Below, in pieces: positions 26,549-37,607 of a stretch of 64,000 nt of DNA (position 1 is its first letter; each line of letters begins with the position of its first letter). Source of the DNA: Octopus bimaculoides (Eukaryota); contig NC_068982.1 of assembly GCF_001194135.2 (NCBI RefSeq), forward strand, positions 101,560,747 through 101,624,746. Reading direction: 5' to 3'. The notes under the pieces were generated by a model, which was given only the letters and a program-made list of their open reading frames with translations, did no database searches and was not told the DNA's origin. Both the position numbers and the translations under genes were made by a program.

Positions 26549-27443
26549 NNNNNNNNNNATATATATACTATCGTTGAGTTGCATTTGTGCATATATTATG
26601 CAACTATTTAAGTTTAATATCTTTTTCTGTTCGTCGTTTAATATCAGCCATAGAATTTAAAATCTAACTGATTTATATTTTTTCTTCCTCCATTTTCTAA
26701 TTTATAATCCTGCTGAGAGATGACCTTTTAAACAGGCACCTTTTGCGTTTAGTCAATTTTACCTGTTTGGAGACATTGCTTTTTATCAAAGTTATCACAT
26801 ATTATTGTAGAAGTGCCCTACAGTGTACTCACACATTTTAATTATATTCTACCGCAATAGAAAATCTGAAAGTTTCTTAGTTCAAACTTCAACTCCTTTC
26901 CTTGTATTCAATCTGGCTCCTCGCCTAGTTTCACTTGTCACAGACTTGTCATAATCAACTGACAACCGTACCTGTAAAAGGTAAAGCCCGGCAAACAGCC
27001 AAATTGAATTCAAGATCAGTTGAAGTTTGAATTGACAATCGAAATATTTCAGATTTTCTATTTAGCCATGCTTTAATTAAGTGGTGTTAGAATCAGCTTC
27101 GATACTTAGTTTAGTCGATAAAGTCAATTAACATTGAAATCCGTTTACATGGAAAGGTTTAATTACTTTCCTCTGGACTAACCTTATCGATTTTTAATAT
27201 GCTGAGTTGAAACCTACTTGTAAAGAATTATCGAATTAGGTCAGAATATTCTACATAAGAAAATATACAGTAGCAAATTTCATATTTGTTGCGTCAACTG
27301 TGCAGGGGACCAAATATGACCGAAAAACAATCTCAGATATGAAAAATTGCCTCAAAATATCTACAAGAACTGTTATCAGATATAAAGCACAAACAAGAAG
27401 TTCAGGAGAGCTAAAGTCATTGGAAAAAATTAACCCCTAGTCA

Positions 27444-27483
<40 letters not shown>

Positions 27484-27514
27484 CGGTCTCTCTCCATATT
27501 TTTCCGTCTAATCC

Positions 27515-27550
27515 CTTTCTGATGAAGAGCGTAGGCTCCAAACGTCAAAG
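27515..27550 (+). ncRNA. Minimal type-I hammerhead ribozyme motif (Penelope-type), G12C variant
   Basis: Stem I CTTT/AAAG, core CTGATGA(A), stem II GAGC-GTAG-GCTC, CAAA in place of GAAA, palindromic stem III ACGT, triplet GTC. Confidence 0.75.
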
Positions 27551-27878
27551 ATTATCCCATTCTTCCCGAGCATCAAACTAATAAACCTGCTTGTTGTTCC
27601 CTGAGCTGTCTTCGTCATTTGTTTCCTGTAGATTTAAACTCTCTCTATATATATATATATATACACGGCAGCTTTCGTCCTATATATATANNNNNNNNNN
27701 NNNNNNNNNNNNNNNNNNNNNNNNNNNNNNNNNNNNNNNNNNNNNNNNNNNNNNNNNNNNNNNNNNNNNNNNNNNNNNNNNNNNNNNNNNNNNNNNNNNN
27801 NNNNNNNNNNNNNNNNNNNNNNNNNNNNNNNNNNNNNNNNNNNNNNNNNNNNNNNNNNNNNNNNNNNNNNNNNNNNNN

Positions 27879-28652
27879 GTACATATATGTATGAATATAT
27901 GCATATATTTATATATTATTTATATTATTATATGATCGCACGCCACGCATCCTTTTCCAAGTAAGTTTTATCTTAATAATTACGATGCGCACTCTTCTCT
28001 GTCTATCTCTTCTCTGTCTATCTCTTCTCTATCTATCTCACTCCCTCTCTTGTTCTTCATCCTTTCTGTTTTTCTCTCCCACCCTTTCCCTATTCTTCTC
28101 TCTCTTTCACCGTTCCCCCTCTCTCTCTCACTCTTCCTCCTTGACGTTTTCGTCGCTGACACGTGACAAAAAGAGATCTCTCTTTCTGTCCACTGCCTTC
28201 CCAAAGAAAAGACGTGTTTTTTTCTGTCTCTCCTCTCATGGCACGTCTACCTAGCGTTCATAATAATTTCTCTATCGTCTTGGCTCAACAGCACTCACCG
28301 TTCGTTTTTACTGTCTTGTTCTCACTGTTCTGTTTTTGCTTAAACTTTCACCCTCCGCAAAACAAATTCCAAATTTTATTTAATTTGCTTTGCGGGAAAG
28401 ACTGTTCCAATGAAGTCGCGTATTGTCCTTGCCTTTGAAACGTTGAGTAGATGGAACAGGTACAATTGACGAAGGGGTATACTCTTTATGTTGCATGTCT
28501 CGTTTCTCTGGGGGGTTTTTTCGGTGTTCGAAAAAAGTTCGTTTTCTGTTTTCGTTTTTATGTTTTCGTTTCTCAATCTGTTTAACGTTTTTTTGATGTC
28601 CTGTACCCATATATGCATGTATATATACATATAGATGTAGGTATGTACATGT
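27879..28652 (+). mobile_element. Two pieces (27879-27950 and 28467-28652) of an unclassified repeat, in permuted order around a CT-rich element
   Basis: Both pieces occur contiguously at 63770-64000 (GACGAAGGGGTATACTCTTTA.GTTGCATGTCTCGTTT...TATATGATCG.ACGCC). Confidence 0.7.
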
Positions 28653-29156
28653 NNNNNNNNNNNNNNNNNNNNNNNNNNNNNNNNNNNNNNNNNNNNNNNN
28701 NNNNNNNNNNNNNNNNNNNNNNNNNNNNNNNNNNNNNNNNNNNNNNNNNNNNNNNNNNNNNNNNNNNNNNNNNNNNNNNNNNNNNNNNNNNNNNNNNNNN
28801 NNNNNNNNNNNNNNNNNNNNNNNNNNNNNNNNNNNNNNNNNNNNNNNNNNNNNNNNNNNNNNNNNNNNNNNNNNNNNNNNNNNNNNNNNNNNNNNNNNNN
28901 NNNNNNNNNNNNNNNTAGATGTGTGTGTGTGTGTCATTGCCTGCATTGTCACCACTGCTTGATGTCTTCACGTCCCCGTAACTTGGCAGTTCGGCAAAAC
29001 AGACTTTAAAAAGAAATTAATTATGTTGATTCGTGCGACTAAAAGCTTTTAATGCTGTGCCTCGGGATGGCCGCAGATTAAAGGTTGTAACAGGTAAAAG
29101 ATGCCATTGTAGAGATTAGTAATATACTTTTTTTGGTTAAGTCAGTCTTTTGCTAT

Positions 29157-29238
29157 TCTCAGTTTCGCCTCAGGGCACCCAATCATAACTTGCCTGAAGG
29201 CTATGTGCATCCGCAGCCGAAACTGAGAGTAATAAGAG
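29157..29238. ncRNA. Degenerate hammerhead-like motif with an inverted partial copy
   Basis: CTGAA-GGCT..AGCC-GAAAC-TGAGA-GTA-ATAAG, with the core lacking GA; 29157-29174 is an inverted partial duplicate. Confidence 0.4.
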
Positions 29239-30277
29239 ACCGTTTTCATCGAAATAGAAATACTACACCCACGCGCGCGTGCACACACTCACACACACAC
29301 ACATGATTGCATTATCTAATCTGCTTTTCTTTTTAAGGTGGTTAATTGAGGAAGAATTTTATTGCCTTTTCTTCTATGTTAATTGACCATCATACAGAAG
29401 CTCCCTTGATGGCTCATATGTTCTTCTGTAAGAACTTTAATATCGGGACTTATAAAGAAGACAAGACAAACGATTTACTTCTGTTTAGAATTTTTGCTGT
29501 GTAAAAACACTTATTACAAGCATAAGACAACTGGCGACTGGTAGGATAGAAAGATAAAACTGTTTGTGAATGATACCCATGAAGAGAACAGTCTGCAGAA
29601 GAATATGGAAATATTTTCAGAATTTGCTTTTTCACAAAACTGCAAGAAAAAAAAAAAAAAGAGTGTTGCAGAAATAAAGCATTCTTACACAAACGGAATT
29701 TTTATCCTTAAACAAACAACTGATGAAGGCGAACATCAGTCTTGATTATACAACAACAACACATCAACTGTTTCAGCTGTGACACATACAAATAATCAAA
29801 ACGAATGTAGCAACCAACCAAAAACCAACAACTTTACGCACATCATAGGAAATTACGAAACCAGGAAGACACGATGTGTACCAGCTCAAAACTAGGGGCA
29901 TATGAAAGCTTTAGAAATATAATATACATTCCTTAGAAACTGGGTAAACAATATTATCGGTTGTTTGACTTTTTTTTTTGTTTTTCCATTTAGCATCTAA
30001 CAAAATCAAGTCTATCAAGCCAAAAACAAAAGCAATGAAGTTACCACCAGAGTTGAGAGTCGACGCCATGCTTTTCAAACGTGAGGATATTTAAACATTG
30101 ACGCGCAGGCAGTATGGTAGCTGATTTTATTGGATGATACTTAAAAGCGTTTCATAAATGTTCATGTAAAGAAACAAATCTAATAGAGCCCTGCTTTCGC
30201 CTCAATCAACCATTGTTGATGGCTGAGGTATGACGAGTTCGTTTCAGCGCTCGTTCGCCTAAAATATGAAACATGCA

Positions 30278-30416
30278 TACGAGGTCTGATCAATAAGTAT
30301 CCGGACTGTTGCTGTAGTAACGAAGCTAAAGCATTCGGAGTAAAGCCGCTTGGTACAGATTGACCTAGCACTCTATTGTGCAAGTGCGCTAAGTTTCAAC
30401 GTTCTAGCTCACTTTG
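30278..30416 (+). mobile_element. Mariner-type terminal fragment
   Basis: TA followed by CGAGGTCTGATCAATAAGTATCCGGAC, a mariner-like TIR; no partner TIR. Confidence 0.65.
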
Positions 30417-30668
30417 GCTGTATATAGATAGATAGATAGACATACTACTGGGTTAATTGTTCCACCAGNNNNNNNNNNNNNNNNNNNNNNNNNNNNNNNN
30501 NNNNNNNNNNNNNNNNNNNNNNNNNNNNNNNNNNNNNNNNNNNNNNNNNNNNNNNNNNNNNNNNNNNNNNNNNNNNNNNNNNNNNNNNNNNNNNNNNNNN
30601 NNNNNNNNNNNNNNNNNNNNNNNNNNNNNNNNNNNNNNNNNNNNNTATATATATATATATATATATAT

Positions 30669-30848
30669 GTGCATGTGAAGGCGCATGGCTCAGAGGTTAG
30701 ACCATTGGGCTCACAGTCATGAGATAGTGAATTCGATTCCCCGACCCGGCTATGTGTTGTGTTCTTGGGCAAGAGACTTTATTTCACGTTGCTTCTGTTC
30801 AGTCAGCTATAGAAATGAGTTGCGACGTCGTTGGTACCAAGCTGTATA
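30669..30848 (+). mobile_element. SINE family C, 5' part
   Basis: GCATGGCTCAGAGGTTAGACC...GAATTCGATTCCCC; near-identical to 31482-31638. Confidence 0.9.
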
Positions 30849-31481
30849 TAGATAGATAGATAGACATACTACTGGGTTAATTGTTCCACCAGACAGTGTT
30901 GCTGCAGAAAATTTTGATATAGAATGCTTATCTGCATACGAACAATGCCATTGCCTTTTTGATAATAATAAAGGTGACACGCCTAATGACCCATGTCAGG
31001 GTGTGTTTTGGACTACAAATAAAATTCTCTGGACGATCTATTTATCGTATATATTGTTCTTTTTCCTTTGTTTTATATGTGAGTAATTAGAAAATTCATT
31101 GTTGATATTTATACGAAATAAATATTTAAGGAAGGAATACTAATGAAACGCAAGTGCTTGATATGTATGGAATTTGTCTGCTTAAGTACGCTCGGATATG
31201 AACCAATTTGGTGATTTTCCGCTACTTAGATTTGTGGGAAATTTTAATATATAATAAAATCGGTCATCCTGCACTTATTGGTTAAGGAAAAGATTTATTA
31301 CAACTTGTGGCTTGTTCATTTTATCACGCAAATTTACCAGACTATCACCTAAGTCTACCAGTAAATATATTTTTCTTGCCTTACTTTGCAAATTTCACTA
31401 ACAACAATATCATAACAAATCTTCTCTAGAAATTTAAAGTTATACTATTCCTTACTTTTTGGTGTTGTTTTATTTATTTAG

Positions 31482-31638
31482 TCGCAACTCATTTCTATAG
31501 CTGACTGAACTGAAGCAACGTGAAATAAAGTGTCTTGCCCAAGAACACAACACATAGCCGGGTCGGGGAATCGAATTCACTATCTCATGACTGTGAGCCC
31601 AATGGTCTAACCTCTGAGCCATGCGCCTTCACATGCAC
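31482..31638 (-). mobile_element. SINE family C, 5' part, inverted copy
   Basis: 2 mismatches to 30669-30825 over about 157 bp by manual alignment. Confidence 0.9.
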
Positions 31639-32807
31639 ACGCATATATANNNNNNNNNNNNNNNNNNNNNNNNNNNNNNNNNNNNNNNNNNNNNNNNNNN
31701 NNNNNNNNNNNNNNNNNNNNNNNNNNNNNNNNNNNNNNNNNNNNNNNNNNNNNNNNNNNNNNNNNNNNNNNNNNNNNNNNNNNNNNNNNNNNNNNNNNNN
31801 NNNNNNNNNNNNNNNNNNNNNNNNNNNNNNNNNNNNNNNNNNNNNNNNNNNNNNNNNNNNNNNNNNNNNNNNNNNNNNNNNNNNNNNNNNNNNNNNNNNN
31901 NNNNNNNNNNNNNNNNNNNNNNNNNNNNNNNNNNNNNNNNNNNNNNNNNNNNNNNNNNNNNNNNNNNNNNNNNNNNNNNNNNNNNNNNNNNNNNNNNNNN
32001 NNNNNNNNNNNNNNNNNNNNNNNNNNNNNNNNNNNNNNNNNNNNNNNNNNNNNNNNNNNNNNNNNNNNNNNNNNNNNTATATATATATATATATATATAT
32101 TAATTCTCAAACGCGTGATAATGCTAATAAATTGCGTGATCAGGATAAATTATCCGTACATTGCAGAAAAATACGTTACCGGCCAGCTGAAACAAATGCA
32201 TCTCAGCTTTAAATAATCTCGTCTTTTTGTTATATATATCTAGAACCACATTGTCTAACATGTGCTTCCTTTTCAAGATAGAAAAGTGACATGTGAGGAA
32301 AACGTTTGCAGCCATTTCTAGTAGATTGAGCAATTATTGCGTAGATACTTCTTTGTTATAGGAATCAACATATTTTGATTTCAAACTGAACATCGACTCC
32401 ACGACCTTACAAATACTGGAAGACAAATAAAGATCAGGGGTGTCACTCACCTCCGTGAGTTAAATAATAAGACACAGAGACTACTGCATCATAAACAGAA
32501 TGCGGAAAAGAGAGATATAGAGAGAAGCCAGAAATAAAAGCAGTAAAAAGAAAGAAAGAAAGAGAAAAGAAAGAAAGGGAGGGAGGGGGGAAAATGGGGT
32601 CCTGCAATGAAACATTTTGCAAATTTGCTACGAGTATTTTGCTTTGTATTTCAAATTTCTTTAATGTATAATCTGAGAAACAGACCATAGTTATACTTCA
32701 AAGCCACCAATCTACCAATAAAAACAGTAATTACATTCGCCATATTTTTCTTTCCTTTTGGCTTTCATTCTTTCTTCCTTTATTTTTCTCTTTCTTTCCT
32801 TTCTCTT

Positions 32808-32838
<31 letters not shown>

Positions 32839-32918
32839 TCGTTCATTATTTCTACAAATGTTTTTTTCTGCATTATTTACAGGAATTGTTAAACTGAAAG
32901 ATTATCTCTGATCTTTTT

Positions 32919-32991
<73 letters not shown>

Positions 32992-33420
32992 CATCCTCAT
33001 CATCATTATTGTTGTTGTTGCTGTTATTTTTGTTGTTGTTGTTATTATTATCATTATTGTTGTTGTTGTTGTTAACTCATTAGTATCTTATCGGAAGCAT
33101 TTGTTGCTAATTATGAAAATATTTCCATCGATTGAAAGATGTTTTTGTTTCACTTTTATCTTTATATATTTTTACATCTGCTACTTACAGGAAGTGCTTT
33201 AAACTTAATATCTTAACATTGTTTCTTGTAGAAGTCAATGAAATGATTCAGGACATTCATTCACTTCACACGACTCGAAAATTATAAGGGATATTGCTTC
33301 GACAGTGTATCAAAACTTAGCCACTATATCGGCTTGTCAGAGTATAACTATTATTCAACACTACATTCCTCTGGTAGCATTAATAACAACCATAAGAACT
33401 AGTTCACCCCCTCCAAAAAG

Positions 33421-33658
33421 TACAATAATGCCTCGATATACGAGTTAATTTGTTCCCGTAGATAGCCCGTAAAGCAGAGTAATAATTTCCTACTGTAGCA
33501 ATGAAATTTTATGCCGTCATTTTACGGCAGAACCAGTGTTGCTACTTGTATTGACTGTGGCAAAATGGCTGTTTAACTTTCTAATATCTATCATTAAATA
33601 AAACTCGTAAACCCGGAGTTTCGTAAAGTGGGTCCATGTAAAGTGAGGTATTACTGTA
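33421..33658. mobile_element. pogo/Tigger-like MITE
   Basis: TA-flanked imperfect TIRs TACAATAATGCCTCGATATACG / ATGTAAAGTGAGGTATTACTGTA. Confidence 0.7.
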
Positions 33659-34802
33659 CATCAGTATGATATAATAAAAATTTCGCCCAACTGAGTGTCC
33701 AACCTCTCTCTTTCTCCTTCTCTTTATCTCTCTCTCCCTCTCTTTCTCTCTCTCCCCTCTCCCTATCTCTCTCTCACACACACAGACACACCTATCAACT
33801 ACATTAGATTTATTATTTTAACAACAATAGTATTGGCTTCAAAGTTTCGGCCAGCTGATGGCTTAGCTAGTCGATACTTCGAGGTTACTATCAATACTAT
33901 TTTTGTTGAAAGATACTAAACTTGTACTGTACCAAATTTATTGAGTAATCATCCAATTTAATGTAAAACTTGTTTTTATCAGAATCGTATCACGCCGGAC
34001 AAAATGCTTAGCAGGATTTCGTCTGTCCTTACGTTCTGAATTCAAATTCCACCACGATTTACTTTGCCTTTCATCCTTTCGGGGTCGATAAAATGAGTGC
34101 CAGTTGAGTATTGGTGTCGATGTTATCGACTATACTCCCCCCCCAAATTTCCAGCCTTGTGCCTACTGTAGAAAGCATTATAATATAAAAGCAAACATTA
34201 GTATATGTATGTATGCATGTATGTATGTCTGTATGTATGTATGTGTGTATATGTAAGTATGTATGTATATGCATACATATATATCATGCGTGTATGGTCA
34301 GATGCACGAACACTACTGTATGAGTTAGAGCTCCAGGTAGCTTATCATCATGCAGCTGGCTTTGTATAGTGGTTAGTCTACCACTGTACTTAGCAACGTT
34401 AGTAGTTATGATGCACAGAATATATGTAGGGGAAATTAAGATAAAGACCTACTATCAATTATTATTTCCAACGTACGTTTCACGATTGCAAGTATTTTAG
34501 AACTCAGCATCGAATGAGATCTAGTATTGGTTTCAAATTTTGGTAAGAGGCCAGCAATTTCATGGGAGAGGGTAAGACGATTACATCGACGCTCCCTTAG
34601 GACGAGATCTGATATGACAGAAGGTATGATGCAGCGAGCTGGGAAAAATGCTTACAGCATTTTGCCCATCTTTACCTTCTTAGGTCAAATTCCACCGAGG
34701 CCGACTTTGCCTTTCATCTTTTCAGGGTTCGATAAAATAAGTACGATTTGAGCATTGGGGTCAAATTAATGGGCTTATCTTTTCCCTCGAATGGTGATTT
34801 CC

Positions 34803-36215
34803 AGTCTGAAAATCACTATCCAGACCAATCTCACCACCACCACGGACTTCTCAGACATCACACTCGGCTTGGGCTCCGTTACGTATAGGCCGTACCGCAA
34901 GCCAAATTAGAGGCTAACGTACATCAACTCAGCCTCCTGTCATCCGCCCATTGTGTTAAAAAATCTGGTGAAGTGTGTTAGCAAGAGGATTACGAATCTA
35001 TCATTCAGCCAAGAGATTTTTGATGCAGCATCCCCTACTATAACAAGGCTATAGCTGCTAGCGGATTTAGGGACCGCATCTCCTATACGCCGGGCCCCAA
35101 CATCCGTAGAAGGAAGTGTCGCAAAAATATTATTTGGTTTGCCCCAACCCCACTTCTCTCTTAACGTAAAAAAAGTCTGTAGGTAGGATATTCCTTAAGT
35201 TAATAAAGGAATATTTCACACGTTCACATAGGTACTGATGCATTTTCAACAGGCACAACCTTAGGTTCTCTTTTAGCTGTGCCACCAGTATTAAGTTCAT
35301 GTTAGTTAGCACCCATAGGCCACGAACCCAGTGAGAGGCCACTGCGAAACCAAGGTAGTCGTCTATCAAGCTGTGGTACTAATAGCAGCAGCAACAGCAA
35401 TACATCAGCTCCCCCAGTAGCAGCAGCAGAGACACGAACAGAACCAGCGGCAGTACCATCGCTAGAGATAACAGCTACAACATCAACGACAGCAATGGCA
35501 GTATCCCTAACGGCATCAGCAACATCAGCAGCTTCTTCAACGGCTACCACAATAGCCGGTTCGACTGTTCCAATAGTAGCAGCAGCAGCAGAGATACGAA
35601 CAGAACCAGCGGCAGCACCACCCACAGCGACGACAATAATAACAATAACAACAACGACGACGATGACAGCAATGGCAGTATCCCTAACGGAAATAGCCAA
35701 CAATATCTATAACAGCAGTGACAACGCTCCCGTCAATGACGATGACCATAACAATAACAGCACCATTACCAAAACTAGTAGTGGAGGTACAAACACCACC
35801 GCTAGCTCCAATGACGCCAACACCAACAGCGCCTGTCCAACAACAGGGGTAGCAGCAGCGCCAACACCAACAGACACAGCACCGCCAACACTCGACCACG
35901 GAGGTACATCGGTTGCTCCGGGAACACGTTCAAACAACGCTCTCCAACAACAGATCTTCCTTCGGGATACCGGAAAGGAGATACGTTTCATCATTGGCCA
36001 GCCATGTATGGCAGCTGAAAGACTACGAGATTCCATACACAATATCATGGAGAGTCCTAGAAAATCCAGGCCCCTACATAAACGGGACTAAGCTCTGTGA
36101 ATTATGTATAGAGGAATGGTCGAGGATGCTAAAGGACTCCCTCAACCGGGGAACATCCCTAACGCCAGAACCTAGGTCTTAGAAACCTGCTTGCATTTCA
36201 GGAAACTCTTGCTGC
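34803..36215 (+). mobile_element. Penelope-like element fossil: RT thumb, linker and C-terminal GIY-YIG endonuclease, 5'-truncated
   Basis: LKITIQTN..DFSDITL..YRPYRKPN..YIN..SCHPP..KNIIWFAP..IFNR.N.RFSFSC; GHC.TKVVVYQAVV (35355-35378); RYIGCSGNTFKQR (35902-35940); SSLASHVWQLKD..ISWRVL..PYINGTKLCELCIEE; many frameshifts. Confidence 0.9.
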
Positions 36216-36363
36216 CTATTGGAACCCACAAGATAACAGGGTCACTTGCGATCCATACCCAAAGGGAGACAATTCTCTGTTGCTGACATTGAGTAGCGAT
36301 GTCCTTTCCTCCTCCATACTCTAGAGAGGCCACTCTCTAGAGAGGCATTAAGATAACAGGTTT

Positions 36364-36426
36364 TGGAATCTGATGATACACCGGAAAGCTAAGCGCCTTA
36401 TGGAAGTGAAACTCATGGTAATCCCA
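36364..36426 (+). ncRNA. Hammerhead-like motif in the 3' flank of the Penelope-like element
   Basis: TGGAAT/ATCCCA stem I (5 of 6 pairs), intact CTGATGA and GAAA, AC-TCATG-GT stem III, triplet GTA; stem II pairs poorly. Confidence 0.5.
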
Positions 36427-36443
36427 TAAACCGGCCTTATCTA

Positions 36444-36480
<37 letters not shown>

Positions 36481-37430
36481 NNNNNNNNNNNNNNNNNNNN
36501 NNNNNNNNNNNNNNNNNNNNNNNNNNNNNNNNNNNNNNNNNNNNNNNNNNNNNNNNNNNNNNNNNNNNNNNNNNNNNNNNNNNNNNNNNNNNNNNNNNNN
36601 NNNNNNNNNNNNNNNNNNNNNNNNNNNNNNNNNNNNNNNNNNNNNNNNNNNNNNNNNNNNNNNNNNNNNNNNNNNNNNNNNNNNNNNNNNNNNNNNNNNN
36701 NNNNNNNNNNNNNNNNNNNNNNNNNNNNNNNNNNNNNNNNNNNNNNNNNNNNNNNNNNNNNNNNNNNNNNNNNNNNNNNNNNNNNNNNNNNNNNNNNNNN
36801 NNNNNNNNNNNNNNNNNNNNNNNNNNNNNNNNNNNNNNNNNNNNNNNNNNNNNNNNNNNNNNNNNNNNNNNNNNNNNNNNNNNNNNNNNNNNNNNNNNNN
36901 NNNNNNNNNNNNNNNNNNNNNNNNNNNNNNNNNNNNNNNNNNNNNNNNNNNNNNNNNNNNNNNNNNNNNNNNNNNNNNNNNNNNNNNNNNNNNNNNNNNN
37001 NNNNNNNNNNNNNNNNNNNNNNNNNNNNNNNNNNNNNNNNNNNNNNNNNNNNNNNNNNNNNNNNNNNNNNNNNNNNNNNNNNNNNNNNNNNNNNNNNNNN
37101 NNNNNNNNNNNNNNNNNNNNNNNNNNNNNNNNNNNNNNNNNNNNNNNNNNNNNNNNNNNNNNNNNNNNNNNNNNNNNNNNNNNNNNNNNNNNNNNNNNNN
37201 NNNNNNNNNNNNNNNNNNNNNNNNNNNNNNNNNNNNNNNNNNNNNNNNNNNNNNNNNNNNNNNNNNNNNNNNNNNNNNNNNNNNNNNNNNNNNNNNNNNN
37301 NNNNNNNNNNNNNNNNNNNNNNNNNNNNNNNNNNNNNNNNNNNNNNNNNNNNNNNNNNNNNNNNNNNNNNNNNNNNNNNNNNNNNNNNNNNNNNNNNNNN
37401 NNNNNNNNNNNNNNNNNNNNNNNNNNNNNN
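36481..37430. other. Largest assembly gap (one of about 20 N-runs)
   Basis: N-run flanked by (TA)n on the left. Confidence 0.95.
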
Positions 37431-37474
37431 CTGTAATTTTCTGCATTTTCGTGCAGCTGAAGATTGCTCTTCAT

Positions 37475-37541
37475 ATTGCATTTAATGTAATGCTCGCATT
37501 ACTTAAATAAATGGAGTAGCATGAAACGTGCGTACTGCAAT
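37475..37541 (+). ncRNA. Fossil hammerhead-like motif
   Basis: ATTGCA/TGCAAT stem I, ATGCT/AGCAT stem II, GAAA, ACG-TG-CGT stem III, triplet GTA; core decayed to TTAATGT. Confidence 0.45.
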
Positions 37542-37570
37542 CATCTTTGAAATCCGTGTTGCTTATTCTG

Positions 37571-37606
<36 letters not shown>

Positions 37607-37607
<1 letters not shown>

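Noticed and set aside
28395-28460. CCAATGA...GAAAC.TTGA.GTA.GATGG as a further hammerhead
   Set aside because: It has two core changes and a stem I made mostly of wobble pairs, which is too degenerate to support from this copy alone.
35302-36091. 198-aa Thr/Ala-rich ORF as a mucin-like host gene
   Set aside because: It lies between the GIY and YIG motifs of a frameshifted Penelope element and runs out of frame through the nuclease.
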